Shown piece by piece: positions 27,273-36,963 of a stretch of 64,000 nt of DNA. The notes beneath the pieces are model-generated. The model was given only the letters and a program-made list of their open reading frames with translations, ran no database searches and was not told the origin of the DNA. Position 1 is the first letter of the stretch. Each line of letters starts with the position of its first letter. A program made the position numbers and the translations under genes. Source of the stretch: an uncultured virus (IMG/VR IMGVR_UViG_3300025652_000050). Lineage: Duplodnaviria > Heunggongvirae > Uroviricota > Caudoviricetes > Crassvirales. The stretch lies in IMG/VR virus record IMGVR_UViG_3300025652_000050; one strand, given 5' to 3'.

Positions 27273-27539
27273 ATGGGAAACATAGTAAGAAAGGTAACAA
27301 TAATGAAGTTTTTCACTAATCAATTACCAAATGGACAAGTAGTAGAAAGTCCAATGGCATATAAAGTTGATAGTGAATATGCAGTAGAAATTGATGGTGT
27401 TAAAGTTAGAAAGAGAATTTCTCAGATAACTGAAACAGAAACTCACTTACTTGTGTATCTAAAATCAGAAGATGAATATCAATTATGGAATAAAATTCCT
27501 AAAAATGAAATGGTAATAATCGAATATAAACTCGATTAA
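27273..27539 (+). CDS. Hypothetical phage protein
   Basis: IVRKVTI...MAYKV...LWNKIP...IEY. Confidence 0.75.
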   Translation: MGNIVRKVTIMKFFTNQLPNGQVVESPMAYKVDSEYAVEIDGVKVRKRISQITETETHLLVYLKSEDEYQLWNKIPKNEMVIIEYKLD

Positions 27540-27543
27540 ATCT

Positions 27544-28113
27544 ATGAAAAGTTTAACTAATTTTATAATATCTCCAAAGAATGGTGAGAAATATATCAAT
27601 ACAAAAAAAGTAGGTGATGTAGAATTAATCATTAACACGAGTATAGAAGAAGCTAAAGATGTTCAGAGAATAGGTATTGTCAAAAGTGTTCCAAAACTAT
27701 TCAAAACAGAAGTAAAAATTGGAGATGAAATAGTAGTATGGCATAATGTATTCAGAATGATATACGATAACAAAGGTTATCCGGTAGAATCGAAACATTA
27801 TATTAAAGATGATTTATTTTATGCTGATCCAGAACTTACTTACATGGTAATTAGAGATGGAGTTAAAATAGCTATTCACGATAACGTATTTGTGGTTCCA
27901 TCAAAAATAAATGACAAATGGGAAGGAGAAAAACTACATGAACAAGTAGGAATAATAAAATACGCAAATGCTACTATAAAAAATCTTGGAATAAATGAAG
28001 GTGATAAAATAGTATTCAAGAAAAACTGCGAACATGAGTTTGAAATTGATGGAGAAAAAATGTACAGAATGAAAAACAATCGTATATTAGCAGTATTAAA
28101 CAGTAACCCTTAA
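27544..28113 (+). CDS. Tandem GroES-like (two cpn10-like domains) protein
   Basis: GIVKSVP...VKIGDEIVV and GIIKY...INEGDKIVF...IDGEKMYRM...ILAV. Confidence 0.6.
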   Translation: MKSLTNFIISPKNGEKYINTKKVGDVELIINTSIEEAKDVQRIGIVKSVPKLFKTEVKIGDEIVVWHNVFRMIYDNKGYPVESKHYIKDDLFYADPELTYMVIRDGVKIAIHDNVFVVPSKINDKWEGEKLHEQVGIIKYANATIKNLGINEGDKIVFKKNCEHEFEIDGEKMYRMKNNRILAVLNSNP

Positions 28114-28124
28114 TACCTAATAAC

Positions 28125-28424
28125 ATGAAAACAGTAGTTCAAGCAACTTCTAAAACAACTTCAGTAGAGCTGAATTGGTACGAAGGAAAAGTTCAAACAG
28201 TCGCATTAACAGATGCAGCAGACACAGAATTTGAATTTACCATTGTAAGTAAAAAAGCAAGACCAGGATGCTTAATTATGCTAACTGCACTTTATCCAGG
28301 AGCAGGAGTAGCAAATGTAGCACTTGTAAGCCAAACAAAAGGAAGTTTCGTAGTAAGAGTAAGCAATGTTGGAGTTGCAGCATTCGATGACTCAGTAGAG
28401 ATAGGATTCAAAATCTATTACTAA
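28125..28424 (+). CDS. Putative virion decoration / beta-sandwich protein
   Basis: VVQATSKTTSVELN...GSFVVRVSN. Confidence 0.6.
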   Translation: MKTVVQATSKTTSVELNWYEGKVQTVALTDAADTEFEFTIVSKKARPGCLIMLTALYPGAGVANVALVSQTKGSFVVRVSNVGVAAFDDSVEIGFKIYY

Positions 28425-28465
28425 AAAAACAACAACACAACTATTTTAAAAACCACTAATTAATG

Positions 28466-29086
28466 TTAGTGGTTTTTTTTATTTCTTCTTTTTATTAAAT
28501 GTTCAATACATTTTCCTTCCTCAATTAATTTAAGAGCTTCTTGTCTAACATCATAAGCTTCTTTTGGTGTTACATAAGAACCTAAGTTACAATGACCATT
28601 ATTCCACCATATAGTAGATGTATATTTTTTGTGGCTAATTCTTACTCCTGGAAAACCTAATTCATTCACTTTGTCTTTATTTGAATTAGCTCTATTTGTT
28701 ATTACTTGAAAATTACCTACAAAGTTATGAGTTGGTATATTATTTTTATGATCAAAAACTAATTTATTTGTTCCATCTGAAAAATGATTATAAAAAGCCA
28801 TTCCAATTATTAAATGAGTTTTAATATGTCTTTTTTTACTGTTTTTTGATAAAGTAACTCTTAAGTAACCATGACTATCAAAACATTGTTTAAGAATAAT
28901 AGTTGGCCTATGTTGTAGTTTACTTCCGTTTTTTTGAAATCTTTCTAAAGACTTTAATCTACCAATATCACTCACTTGATATAATCCTTCATATTCTGGA
29001 ATATCTTTCCAAATTTCCTCACAAACTTGACCTTCGTCATTCGTGTAAATTATATTTTCTAAACTTAAATTCTTGTAGTATTCCAT
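28466..29086 (-). CDS. NUMOD4-HNH homing endonuclease with AP2-like C-terminus (copy A)
   Basis: EIWKDIPEYEGLYQVSDIGR NUMOD4; DHKN...N...N HNH; HCNLGSY. Confidence 0.88.
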   Translation of the reverse strand: MEYYKNLSLENIIYTNDEGQVCEEIWKDIPEYEGLYQVSDIGRLKSLERFQKNGSKLQHRPTIILKQCFDSHGYLRVTLSKNSKKRHIKTHLIIGMAFYNHFSDGTNKLVFDHKNNIPTHNFVGNFQVITNRANSNKDKVNELGFPGVRISHKKYTSTIWWNNGHCNLGSYVTPKEAYDVRQEALKLIEEGKCIEHLIKRRNKKNH

Positions 29087-29099
29087 GATATTTTAATAT

Positions 29100-29194
29100 A
29101 AAAAGAAAATCCTCAAAGAGCCACTACGCATCTTCAAGGATTTCTCGTTTAGGGTGTTTCACCTATTTATCTTAAACGCAAGTAGTGGATTGCA
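29100..29194 (-). ncRNA. Structured leader RNA of HNH gene A
   Basis: Three hairpins plus CCACTAC/GTAGTGG loop-loop pairing; covaries with 44925-45019; TACATTTG promoter at 29198-29205. Confidence 0.75.
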
Positions 29195-29246
29195 TTGCAA
29201 ATGTATAAAAAAAATCATTACTTTTGTTAATATAATTAAATTAAAT

Positions 29247-31892
29247 ATGATACAATCAAAAGATATTGAAATTTCAATTGGAAATTCTCTTGAAGGACTA
29301 ACAAGAGATATTGACATTTTAACAGTTGATGATGAAAAATTAGAACGATTAGTAAAATCTAGACAAGAATCATTTTCTTCTATAAAAGAAATGCTTGGTA
29401 TATGGCAAAACTCACCAAATGCACCAAGACAAGAAAAACTAATTACATATACTGAAAAACTAATTGCTGCAGGAAACAAAACCTCTGAAATTTTAAGAAG
29501 TGCTTTAGTAAAAGAAATAGACTTTGATGACTTAGATCCTGAAAAATATGGATCAGCAATTAAGTCAAAACCAATAATTTATCGTGCAATTTCAGAGATA
29601 GATTCAGGTATAAAAGTACTTCAGAGACAAATAGAAACAAGTACGTTAACTTTTAAAGAACAAGATTTCAAACCAGGATTTCCAGAGAGGTTTGCAAAAC
29701 AAGAATTATTTCCTGAAAAAGATTATCATAAAGAATGGTATGATGAAGAAAATGAATCTATACTTATTTGTCCAAAAGGAACAAAAGGTGAGGTTATAGA
29801 ACTTAATGGATTAAAAATAACACTACCAGAAGTCCCTAAGAAAAAGTCAGAAATACTATTTAGCAAACTGCCAATAGAAGATCAGTATTGGAAAAGAATA
29901 GAAATGCCAAAAGGATTAAGTCCAGAAAATGAAGAAGAATATTCTGATTATATAGAGCAAGAATTTAAAAAAAGAAGAGAAGGTGTATGGTTTATGAACA
30001 ACGGCAAACCTACATGGGTAACTCCATGTCATTATATGGGACTACAATGGAATCAAATGCTTGAAACAGGAGGTTATAAAGATTTCCGTATGGCACAATG
30101 TACAATGTATTATTTTGCACTTGCAACTATTGTAGATCCTCGTTGTGTAGGTAAAATATTCACTAAAGGTAGAAGATCGGGGTTTACTGAAATGGCACTT
30201 GACCATTTCATGCACTATGCTACATCTACAAAAAATAACCATTTTGGGATAACATCAAAAACAGGTGATGATGCTGTAAAAGCATATACAAAATTTGTTT
30301 ATGGACTACGAAATTTACCATTCTTTTTTATACCTGTTTTAAAAGGTAAAATAGATGACACTAAAAAAATAGAATTTGGAAAACCTTCGGATAATTCAAA
30401 AATTTCTAAAAAGAAAAGAGATACATCTACAGAAGATTACTTAAACGTAACTATTGATTATAGAGCTACTGCCACACTTGCTTATGACTCTATTGCAATG
30501 AAAATGTATATTGGAGATGAAGCAGGTAAATGGGAAAGACCAAATAATTACATTGACCATTGGACTAACGTTAAACCTACCATGGTCCAAGGGGGTAGAG
30601 TAGTTGGAAAAGCATTAATTGGATCAACTTTAAATCCTTTAGATAAAGGAGGTAGAGAGTTTCAGACACTTTATTACGGTTCAGATGTAAGGAAAAGAAA
30701 TTCAAATGGAAGGACTCCTACAGGTTTATATGGTTATTTTTTACCTGCACATAAAAACTATGAAGATTTTACAGATAAATACGGAATTTGTCATGAAATT
30801 CTACAACCAGGAGAATCAATTATTAATTCACATGGAGAAAAGAAAACTATTGGAGCTTTACAGTATTTAGAAAACGAATTTAAGTCAGCAAAATCAATGG
30901 GTTCAAAAGCGTATAATAACTCTAGAAGACTTGACCCAATTACATTAGATGATGCATTTAGAGATGAAATGGCTTCTCAGTTATTAGATACTGAGAAAAT
31001 AAACACTCAATCAAAATACAATAGAGAGAATAATATTGAACACAATTTGGTACGTGGAAACTTTTACGAAAAAGATGGTATTCAAGATGGAGAAGTTATA
31101 TGGAAACCACAAGAAGATGGAAGATTTTTAATTTCATGGTTTCCTCCAAAAGAGATGCGTAATAAGCATGTAATGAAGAATATTTTTGGTAGGATGACCA
31201 AATGTCCTGTTAATGATTTTGGTGCATTTGGAGTTGACTCCTATGACCAAGATGCTGTAATTGATGCTAAACTTGTAGCTACTGAAAATGGTATTGAATA
31301 TGATTTAGGTTCTAAAGGAGCAATGCATGGAGTTACGGGAACAAATATGGGGGATATTCCGAGTAATTATTTCTTTGTAGAATATGTGGCAAGACCAAAA
31401 GATGCTTATACTTTTTTCCAAGATGTTTTATTATGTGCAAGATTTTATTCATTACCTGTACTTGTAGAGAATAATAAAAAAATGCTTTTGGAACATTTTT
31501 ACCAAAGAGGTTATCGTGGATTTTCAATAACTCGTTTTGATAAAGATATGAACAGATTATCACCTGATGAAAAGAAATTAGGAGGTATGCCAAATAGTGG
31601 ACCAGACATTATTCAAAAGCATTGGACTTCATTAGAGAAGTATGTAAATGACTATGTAGGGGAATATGTTTGTGAAGATGGAGAGCAACCAATTAGAGAA
31701 ATTGGAGAAATTGGAGACATGCCATTTAATAGAACTTTAGGAGATTGGTTAAAGTTTGACATTAATAATAGAACGAAATTTGATGCTTCAATTAGTTCTG
31801 GATTAGCACTTATGGCAGTAAATAGAGAAATTTATAGACCTAAAGTTGAAAGAAAAACTGTAACTTTGAAAATAAAACGTTATAGAAATTAA
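29247..31892 (+). CDS. terL: Terminase large subunit with long N-terminal extension
   Basis: KGRRSGFT Walker A, IGDEAGKW Walker B, GVDSYD and KFDASIS nuclease motifs; ATG 29247 follows a TACTTTTG promoter. Confidence 0.9.
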   Translation: MIQSKDIEISIGNSLEGLTRDIDILTVDDEKLERLVKSRQESFSSIKEMLGIWQNSPNAPRQEKLITYTEKLIAAGNKTSEILRSALVKEIDFDDLDPEKYGSAIKSKPIIYRAISEIDSGIKVLQRQIETSTLTFKEQDFKPGFPERFAKQELFPEKDYHKEWYDEENESILICPKGTKGEVIELNGLKITLPEVPKKKSEILFSKLPIEDQYWKRIEMPKGLSPENEEEYSDYIEQEFKKRREGVWFMNNGKPTWVTPCHYMGLQWNQMLETGGYKDFRMAQCTMYYFALATIVDPRCVGKIFTKGRRSGFTEMALDHFMHYATSTKNNHFGITSKTGDDAVKAYTKFVYGLRNLPFFFIPVLKGKIDDTKKIEFGKPSDNSKISKKKRDTSTEDYLNVTIDYRATATLAYDSIAMKMYIGDEAGKWERPNNYIDHWTNVKPTMVQGGRVVGKALIGSTLNPLDKGGREFQTLYYGSDVRKRNSNGRTPTGLYGYFLPAHKNYEDFTDKYGICHEILQPGESIINSHGEKKTIGALQYLENEFKSAKSMGSKAYNNSRRLDPITLDDAFRDEMASQLLDTEKINTQSKYNRENNIEHNLVRGNFYEKDGIQDGEVIWKPQEDGRFLISWFPPKEMRNKHVMKNIFGRMTKCPVNDFGAFGVDSYDQDAVIDAKLVATENGIEYDLGSKGAMHGVTGTNMGDIPSNYFFVEYVARPKDAYTFFQDVLLCARFYSLPVLVENNKKMLLEHFYQRGYRGFSITRFDKDMNRLSPDEKKLGGMPNSGPDIIQKHWTSLEKYVNDYVGEYVCEDGEQPIREIGEIGDMPFNRTLGDWLKFDINNRTKFDASISSGLALMAVNREIYRPKVERKTVTLKIKRYRN

Positions 31893-31941
31893 AAAAAATA
31901 ACTATTTTTACAGTAAATTATAGATACCCAACATTTTACAG

Positions 31942-34365
31942 ATGAATAATAACGAAAAACCAGAGATTAAGATAGGTAGTAATTGCAACTATCCTAGTCA
32001 ATTAGCATCTTATGAAGAGAAAATTTCAGATGAATTTGCATTAGAGGTTAAAAGATCAATTGAATCTGAGTGGTTTTCTCGTTATAATGGAAATCAAAAG
32101 TGTAAATTTTACACTCAGAAAGAGCAGTTTGCACAAAGAAGAATGTATGCAAAAGGACTTCAATCTATGTCTAAGTATAAAAAACAACTTGGATTAGATG
32201 GAGATTTATCCTTTTTAAGTTTATCTACGGAACCAATTACAATTATTCCTAAACTTGTAGATGTTGTTTGTAATGGATTTGCAAATAGAGATGCTACAAT
32301 TAAAGCTTATGGAATTGATGATGTATCACAAGAGAATAGAGTTTCTTATAGAAAAACTATTGAGACAGATATGTTATCAAAAGAACTATTAGTAAAAGCA
32401 AAAAAAGAGCTTGGAATAGATGCTTCATCTATGCCAATAGACCAACTTCCAGAAAACACACAAGAGTTAGATATACATATGCAGATGGATTACAAGCCAT
32501 CTATTGAAATGTCCCAAGAATTAGCTATTGAAACTATTTTTGGAGAAAACAAATACACAGATAAAGTTGAGTCTAAAGTTTTAAAGGATTTAACTATTTG
32601 TGGAGCAGCTTGGGTGAAGAATAGATTTGTAAAAGATAGAGGAATTTTAGTAGAATGGGTTGATGTAGAAAACAAAATCCAATCATATACTGAAGATCCT
32701 TTTTATTCAGATTGTTTTTATCATGCAGAATTTAAACCTACATTAATTTCAGATGTTAGAGTAGAATATCCTTGGATAAATAATGAACCTGAATTATTAA
32801 AACAACTAGAGTTCTCAGGTAAAAATTGGACAAGCTATCATGATTTACAAAATGATGAAAAGTTAAAAGGAACAACAAGCTTATTATACGTTACTTATAA
32901 AACTACTAGAGAATTAGGTAGCAAAATAAAAGAAAAGCAAACAGGAGCAAGAAAAGTAACTCCTACCAACTACACAAAAGGACAAGCCAAAAGAAAAGAT
33001 TATAAAATAGTTTCGGCAGGAGTTGAAGAAGTACTATTTGAAGGAGTTTTTGTACTTGGTACAGATATAATCTTGAAATGGGAAGTTGCTGAGTCTATGA
33101 GTAGACCAAAATCAAATAAGCAATTAGTTATCGAACAGTTTGTTGGAGTAGCACCAAACAGAGAAAAAGGATATATTGATTCCCTTGTTGCTCGTATGAT
33201 TCCTATTGAAGATAAGTTAAACATTATTGAATTAAAAGCAGACCAAATAATCAGGAAAATAACTCCTGATGGTTACAGAATTGATGTAGGTGCATTAGCT
33301 GACTTAGATTTAGGTGATGGTAAAGCATTAACACCTTTAGAACATTTAGATATGTTATTGCAAACAGGTTCGGTTTTCACGAACAGTTTAACTTCTGGTG
33401 GTGAATTTAATTATGGTAAAGATCCAATAACTGAATTACGAACAGGAGATTCATTAAACAAACTACAATCATTAACAAACCAAAGAGAAGTTTACTTAAA
33501 TTTAATTCGTGATGTAATTGGATTAAACAAAGCTTCTGATGCAAGTACACCTGATAAAGATTCATTAGTAGGACTTCAAAAACTTGCTGCATTAAATTCA
33601 AATACTGCAACAAGACACATCTTAGATGCAAATAATATAATTAAAAAAGATACTGCACAAGCTATAACTTATAGAATACAAGATGTTCTTAAATTCTCTG
33701 ATTTAAAAGATGATTTAGTTAGAAAAATTGGTGCAACTTCTGTATTAGATTTAGAATATGTAAAAGAATTACACCTATACGACTTTGCAATTTTCCTTGA
33801 AGTTTCTCCGGATGATGAAGAAAAAGCTAAATTAGAAGCTGATTTAACAAAAGAAATCGACAAAGGAGTTATTGGTACTGAGGATAAATATAGAATTATT
33901 GGTATCAAAAATTTAAAACTTGCTACATCTGTACTTTCTATTATAAAAAGAAAACGTGCAAAAGAGCAAGAGGAAGTTAAAATGCGTGAGATACAAGCAC
34001 AAACTCAGGGTAATATTCAATCAGCACAAGCATCCGAACAAGCAAAACAACAAACTGCACAATTGGAAGCAATGGTTAAGACTGAATTACAAAAAATGAT
34101 TGACTCAGGAGCAATTTCAAAAGAACAAGCAAGAGGTGAACAAGACAGATTAACTGAGGAGTTAAAAGCAAATAAGAAAATAGAATTACAATACATTATC
34201 AATAGCGGACAATCACAAAAAATACAAGACCAAGAGGATGCTAAAAAGGAAAGATTGCTAAAACAAGCATCAATGGACTCTGAAAAAATTGACCAACGTG
34301 CTAACAATAAGCAACCTATTGACTTTGAAGAAAGAGAAAAATCAACAAATGTATTTGAAATGTAA
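31942..34365 (+). CDS. Portal protein
   Basis: 807 aa after terminase; PITIIPKLVDV, IRDVIGLN, Q-rich barrel-like C-terminus. Confidence 0.82.
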   Translation: MNNNEKPEIKIGSNCNYPSQLASYEEKISDEFALEVKRSIESEWFSRYNGNQKCKFYTQKEQFAQRRMYAKGLQSMSKYKKQLGLDGDLSFLSLSTEPITIIPKLVDVVCNGFANRDATIKAYGIDDVSQENRVSYRKTIETDMLSKELLVKAKKELGIDASSMPIDQLPENTQELDIHMQMDYKPSIEMSQELAIETIFGENKYTDKVESKVLKDLTICGAAWVKNRFVKDRGILVEWVDVENKIQSYTEDPFYSDCFYHAEFKPTLISDVRVEYPWINNEPELLKQLEFSGKNWTSYHDLQNDEKLKGTTSLLYVTYKTTRELGSKIKEKQTGARKVTPTNYTKGQAKRKDYKIVSAGVEEVLFEGVFVLGTDIILKWEVAESMSRPKSNKQLVIEQFVGVAPNREKGYIDSLVARMIPIEDKLNIIELKADQIIRKITPDGYRIDVGALADLDLGDGKALTPLEHLDMLLQTGSVFTNSLTSGGEFNYGKDPITELRTGDSLNKLQSLTNQREVYLNLIRDVIGLNKASDASTPDKDSLVGLQKLAALNSNTATRHILDANNIIKKDTAQAITYRIQDVLKFSDLKDDLVRKIGATSVLDLEYVKELHLYDFAIFLEVSPDDEEKAKLEADLTKEIDKGVIGTEDKYRIIGIKNLKLATSVLSIIKRKRAKEQEEVKMREIQAQTQGNIQSAQASEQAKQQTAQLEAMVKTELQKMIDSGAISKEQARGEQDRLTEELKANKKIELQYIINSGQSQKIQDQEDAKKERLLKQASMDSEKIDQRANNKQPIDFEEREKSTNVFEM

Positions 34366-34420
34366 AAATTTTAACTATTTTTGTACTAATAAATACTATT
34401 TTAATTTAATCTAAATAAGA

Positions 34421-35506
34421 ATGCCAACAGATAACCAAAACCAAAACGCTGATAATCCAGATGTAGTAGTTGAAGAAACTACACCTCAGTTTACAGTTAG
34501 AGTTGCAGATGATATTGAAACACCACAAGTTGTTGTTGAAACTCCTGCAGTTGAAGAGGAAGTAATTACGGAAGATACAGTAGTTGAAGAAACTCCTGAA
34601 GTAATTGAAACACCTCAAACAAGTATTTCAGAAGAAAGTGTTTTAAGTTTCTTGAAAGAAAAAGGTATTGATGCAGAAAATCTTGAAGCATTGAAACCAA
34701 AAGAAGCGAAAAAATTAACTCCTGAAGTAGAAAAGTTCTTAGAGTTCTCAGAAAAGACAGGTAACAAAAATTACAATGACTTCTTAGCTACTCAAAAAGA
34801 ATGGGATAAAGAAGACCCAACAAACGTTCTTAAAGAAATGTTGAGAATTGAAAACCCAACATTAGATACAAAACAGATTGATCATCTTTTTAACAAAAAC
34901 TATTCTTATGATGCTGATTTAGCAGATGAAGATGAAGTGATGGATAAAGATATTAATAAACAACAACATCTACAAAAAGCATTCAAAATGCTTGAAGATA
35001 GAAAGTCTGAATATATGGTTCACAGAGGTTCTGATGAATTAATTCCAGATGACTACAAACAAGCAAAAGCTTTAGTAGATAAGTTAAGTTCTGACCAAGT
35101 TGAAAATGCAAGAGTTTCAGAAGAAGTTAGAAATAATTTCTTAAAAATTACAAATGACACGTTGAACGATAATTTTGAAGGTTTCAAAGTTAAAATCGGA
35201 GACAAGGATTTCGTAATCAAACCTGATAATATTGCAGAAGTAAGAAATGTTCAGTCGGATATAGGAAATATCCAAAAAAAGTTCTTTGATGACAATAACA
35301 CACTTATAGACCCGGTAGGGTATCATAAATCTCTTTATGCTGCTAATAACCCTGATAAATTTGCCGAACATTATTTTAATTTAGGTAAAGCAGAACAAGC
35401 AGAAGAACAAGAGAGAATATCTAAGAACATTCCTGGAAATGGAATGAGACAAGTTGATACTTCAAAAGGTGGACCAGGTATTACTGTTAAAGTTGTTGAA
35501 GGATAG
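34421..35506 (+). CDS. Scaffolding protein
   Basis: Acidic E/V/T/P-rich N-terminus; lies between portal and capsid; FAEHYFNLGK. Confidence 0.7.
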   Translation: MPTDNQNQNADNPDVVVEETTPQFTVRVADDIETPQVVVETPAVEEEVITEDTVVEETPEVIETPQTSISEESVLSFLKEKGIDAENLEALKPKEAKKLTPEVEKFLEFSEKTGNKNYNDFLATQKEWDKEDPTNVLKEMLRIENPTLDTKQIDHLFNKNYSYDADLADEDEVMDKDINKQQHLQKAFKMLEDRKSEYMVHRGSDELIPDDYKQAKALVDKLSSDQVENARVSEEVRNNFLKITNDTLNDNFEGFKVKIGDKDFVIKPDNIAEVRNVQSDIGNIQKKFFDDNNTLIDPVGYHKSLYAANNPDKFAEHYFNLGKAEQAEEQERISKNIPGNGMRQVDTSKGGPGITVKVVEG

Positions 35507-35533
35507 TAAACAAACCTAAAAACAAAAACAATT

Positions 35534-36865
35534 ATGGCTTTAGCTGCAGTTCCAGGAGTTATTTTTACTCCTTCACCAACAAAAACACCTACCCCAACAA
35601 ATTACTTGGGTAGTGATGACTTTGATTTTTTAAATCAATACTTACCTGAAACTTACAACAAAATCACAAACAGATTTGGTTCGCAAGATATTACAGGAAT
35701 GTTAGAATTAATGGGTAAAGAAATGCCTTTCCAATCTGACAATATTAAATGGACTGAGGAAGGTCGTTTGACTCAACTTGGTACAGGAGTTACAAGAGCA
35801 GTAAATGTATTTACATTAGCAGATCACACATTTAGAGTAAACGAAACTATTGTTGTTCACAATGCTGATGGTTCAGTAGAAAGACAAGGTTTAATTACTG
35901 AAACTACTTCTACAACTTTTACTGTTCTTTGTGGACATGCATCTGGTTGGACTGCAGTAGGAACAACTGATTTAAAAGTTTATGCAGACTCTAATGAGTT
36001 TAAGAAAAAAACAGATGGAATGTCTCAATCTTTAAACTCTCAAGTAGAACACTTTGAGCAAACTCCAACAATCGTTAAAGAAATGATTGATGAATCAGGT
36101 TCAAACTTAGCTCAAATTACTTGGTTAGAAGTTGGAGATGGTAATGGTGGTACAGGATTCGTATGGTACTATAAAAACTATAATGATACTGAGAAACGTT
36201 TCAAAAATGCAATCGAGAATAAATTGATTCGTGGTAAAAGATGGGCAGGAGATTTAGCTGCTGCAGGTTATGGTGGTACTAAAGGATTGTTTGATTACGC
36301 TGCAGGTGGTAACTTGTTTGCAGGTCCAGCAACAGATTTAGATGATTTCGATTCTATCATTGACCGTTTAAATGCACAAGGTATGATTGCAGACAACTAT
36401 ATCTATGGTACATCAGCACAAAACCTTGCAATTGATGACATGTTAAAAGACCAAGTTCAATCTTCAATGGGTTGGGGTATGTTTGATAACGATGAAAAAA
36501 TGGCATTAAATTTAGGATTCTCTAGTTTTAAAAGAGGTGGTTTTGAATTTGGATATTCTCGTTGGAGATATTTAGATAACCCAACTACTGAGGGATCTAA
36601 TATTGGAGCATCTAAAGTTCACGCAGTTTTAATTCCTTCTGGAAGTAAAAATGTTTATGATGTTATCAAAGGAGAATCAGCAGCTCAACCAATGCTTCAC
36701 GTTAGATATAGAGCAAATGCTAAAACTAACAGAAAGTATAAAATGTCAATCAGAAGTTTTGAAGATGGTACTTCAGGAGGTAATGATAGTATTACTAATG
36801 ACTTTATCACAGAAAGAGCATTAGTGGTATTAGGAGCAAATAATCTTATTCAATTTAAAGGATAG
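35534..36865 (+). CDS. Major capsid protein
   Basis: 443 aa after the scaffold, strongly biased codons, followed by a terminator. Confidence 0.82.
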   Translation: MALAAVPGVIFTPSPTKTPTPTNYLGSDDFDFLNQYLPETYNKITNRFGSQDITGMLELMGKEMPFQSDNIKWTEEGRLTQLGTGVTRAVNVFTLADHTFRVNETIVVHNADGSVERQGLITETTSTTFTVLCGHASGWTAVGTTDLKVYADSNEFKKKTDGMSQSLNSQVEHFEQTPTIVKEMIDESGSNLAQITWLEVGDGNGGTGFVWYYKNYNDTEKRFKNAIENKLIRGKRWAGDLAAAGYGGTKGLFDYAAGGNLFAGPATDLDDFDSIIDRLNAQGMIADNYIYGTSAQNLAIDDMLKDQVQSSMGWGMFDNDEKMALNLGFSSFKRGGFEFGYSRWRYLDNPTTEGSNIGASKVHAVLIPSGSKNVYDVIKGESAAQPMLHVRYRANAKTNRKYKMSIRSFEDGTSGGNDSITNDFITERALVVLGANNLIQFKG

Positions 36866-36887
36866 TAGCCTTTAAAATATTTTAATT

Positions 36888-36914
36888 AAACACCTCTATA
36901 TGAGGTGTTTTTTT
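36888..36914 (+). terminator. Intrinsic terminator
   Basis: AAACACCTC-TATAT-GAGGTGTTT plus T tract. Confidence 0.85.
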
Positions 36915-36963
36915 ATATCTTTGAATTATTATTTATATTAAGTCTAATTAAATTTATTAAAAA

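Noticed and set aside
29154..29246. GTG-start extension of terminase in the ORF track
   Set aside because: Overlaps the HNH leader RNA and both promoters; ATG 29247 is more plausible
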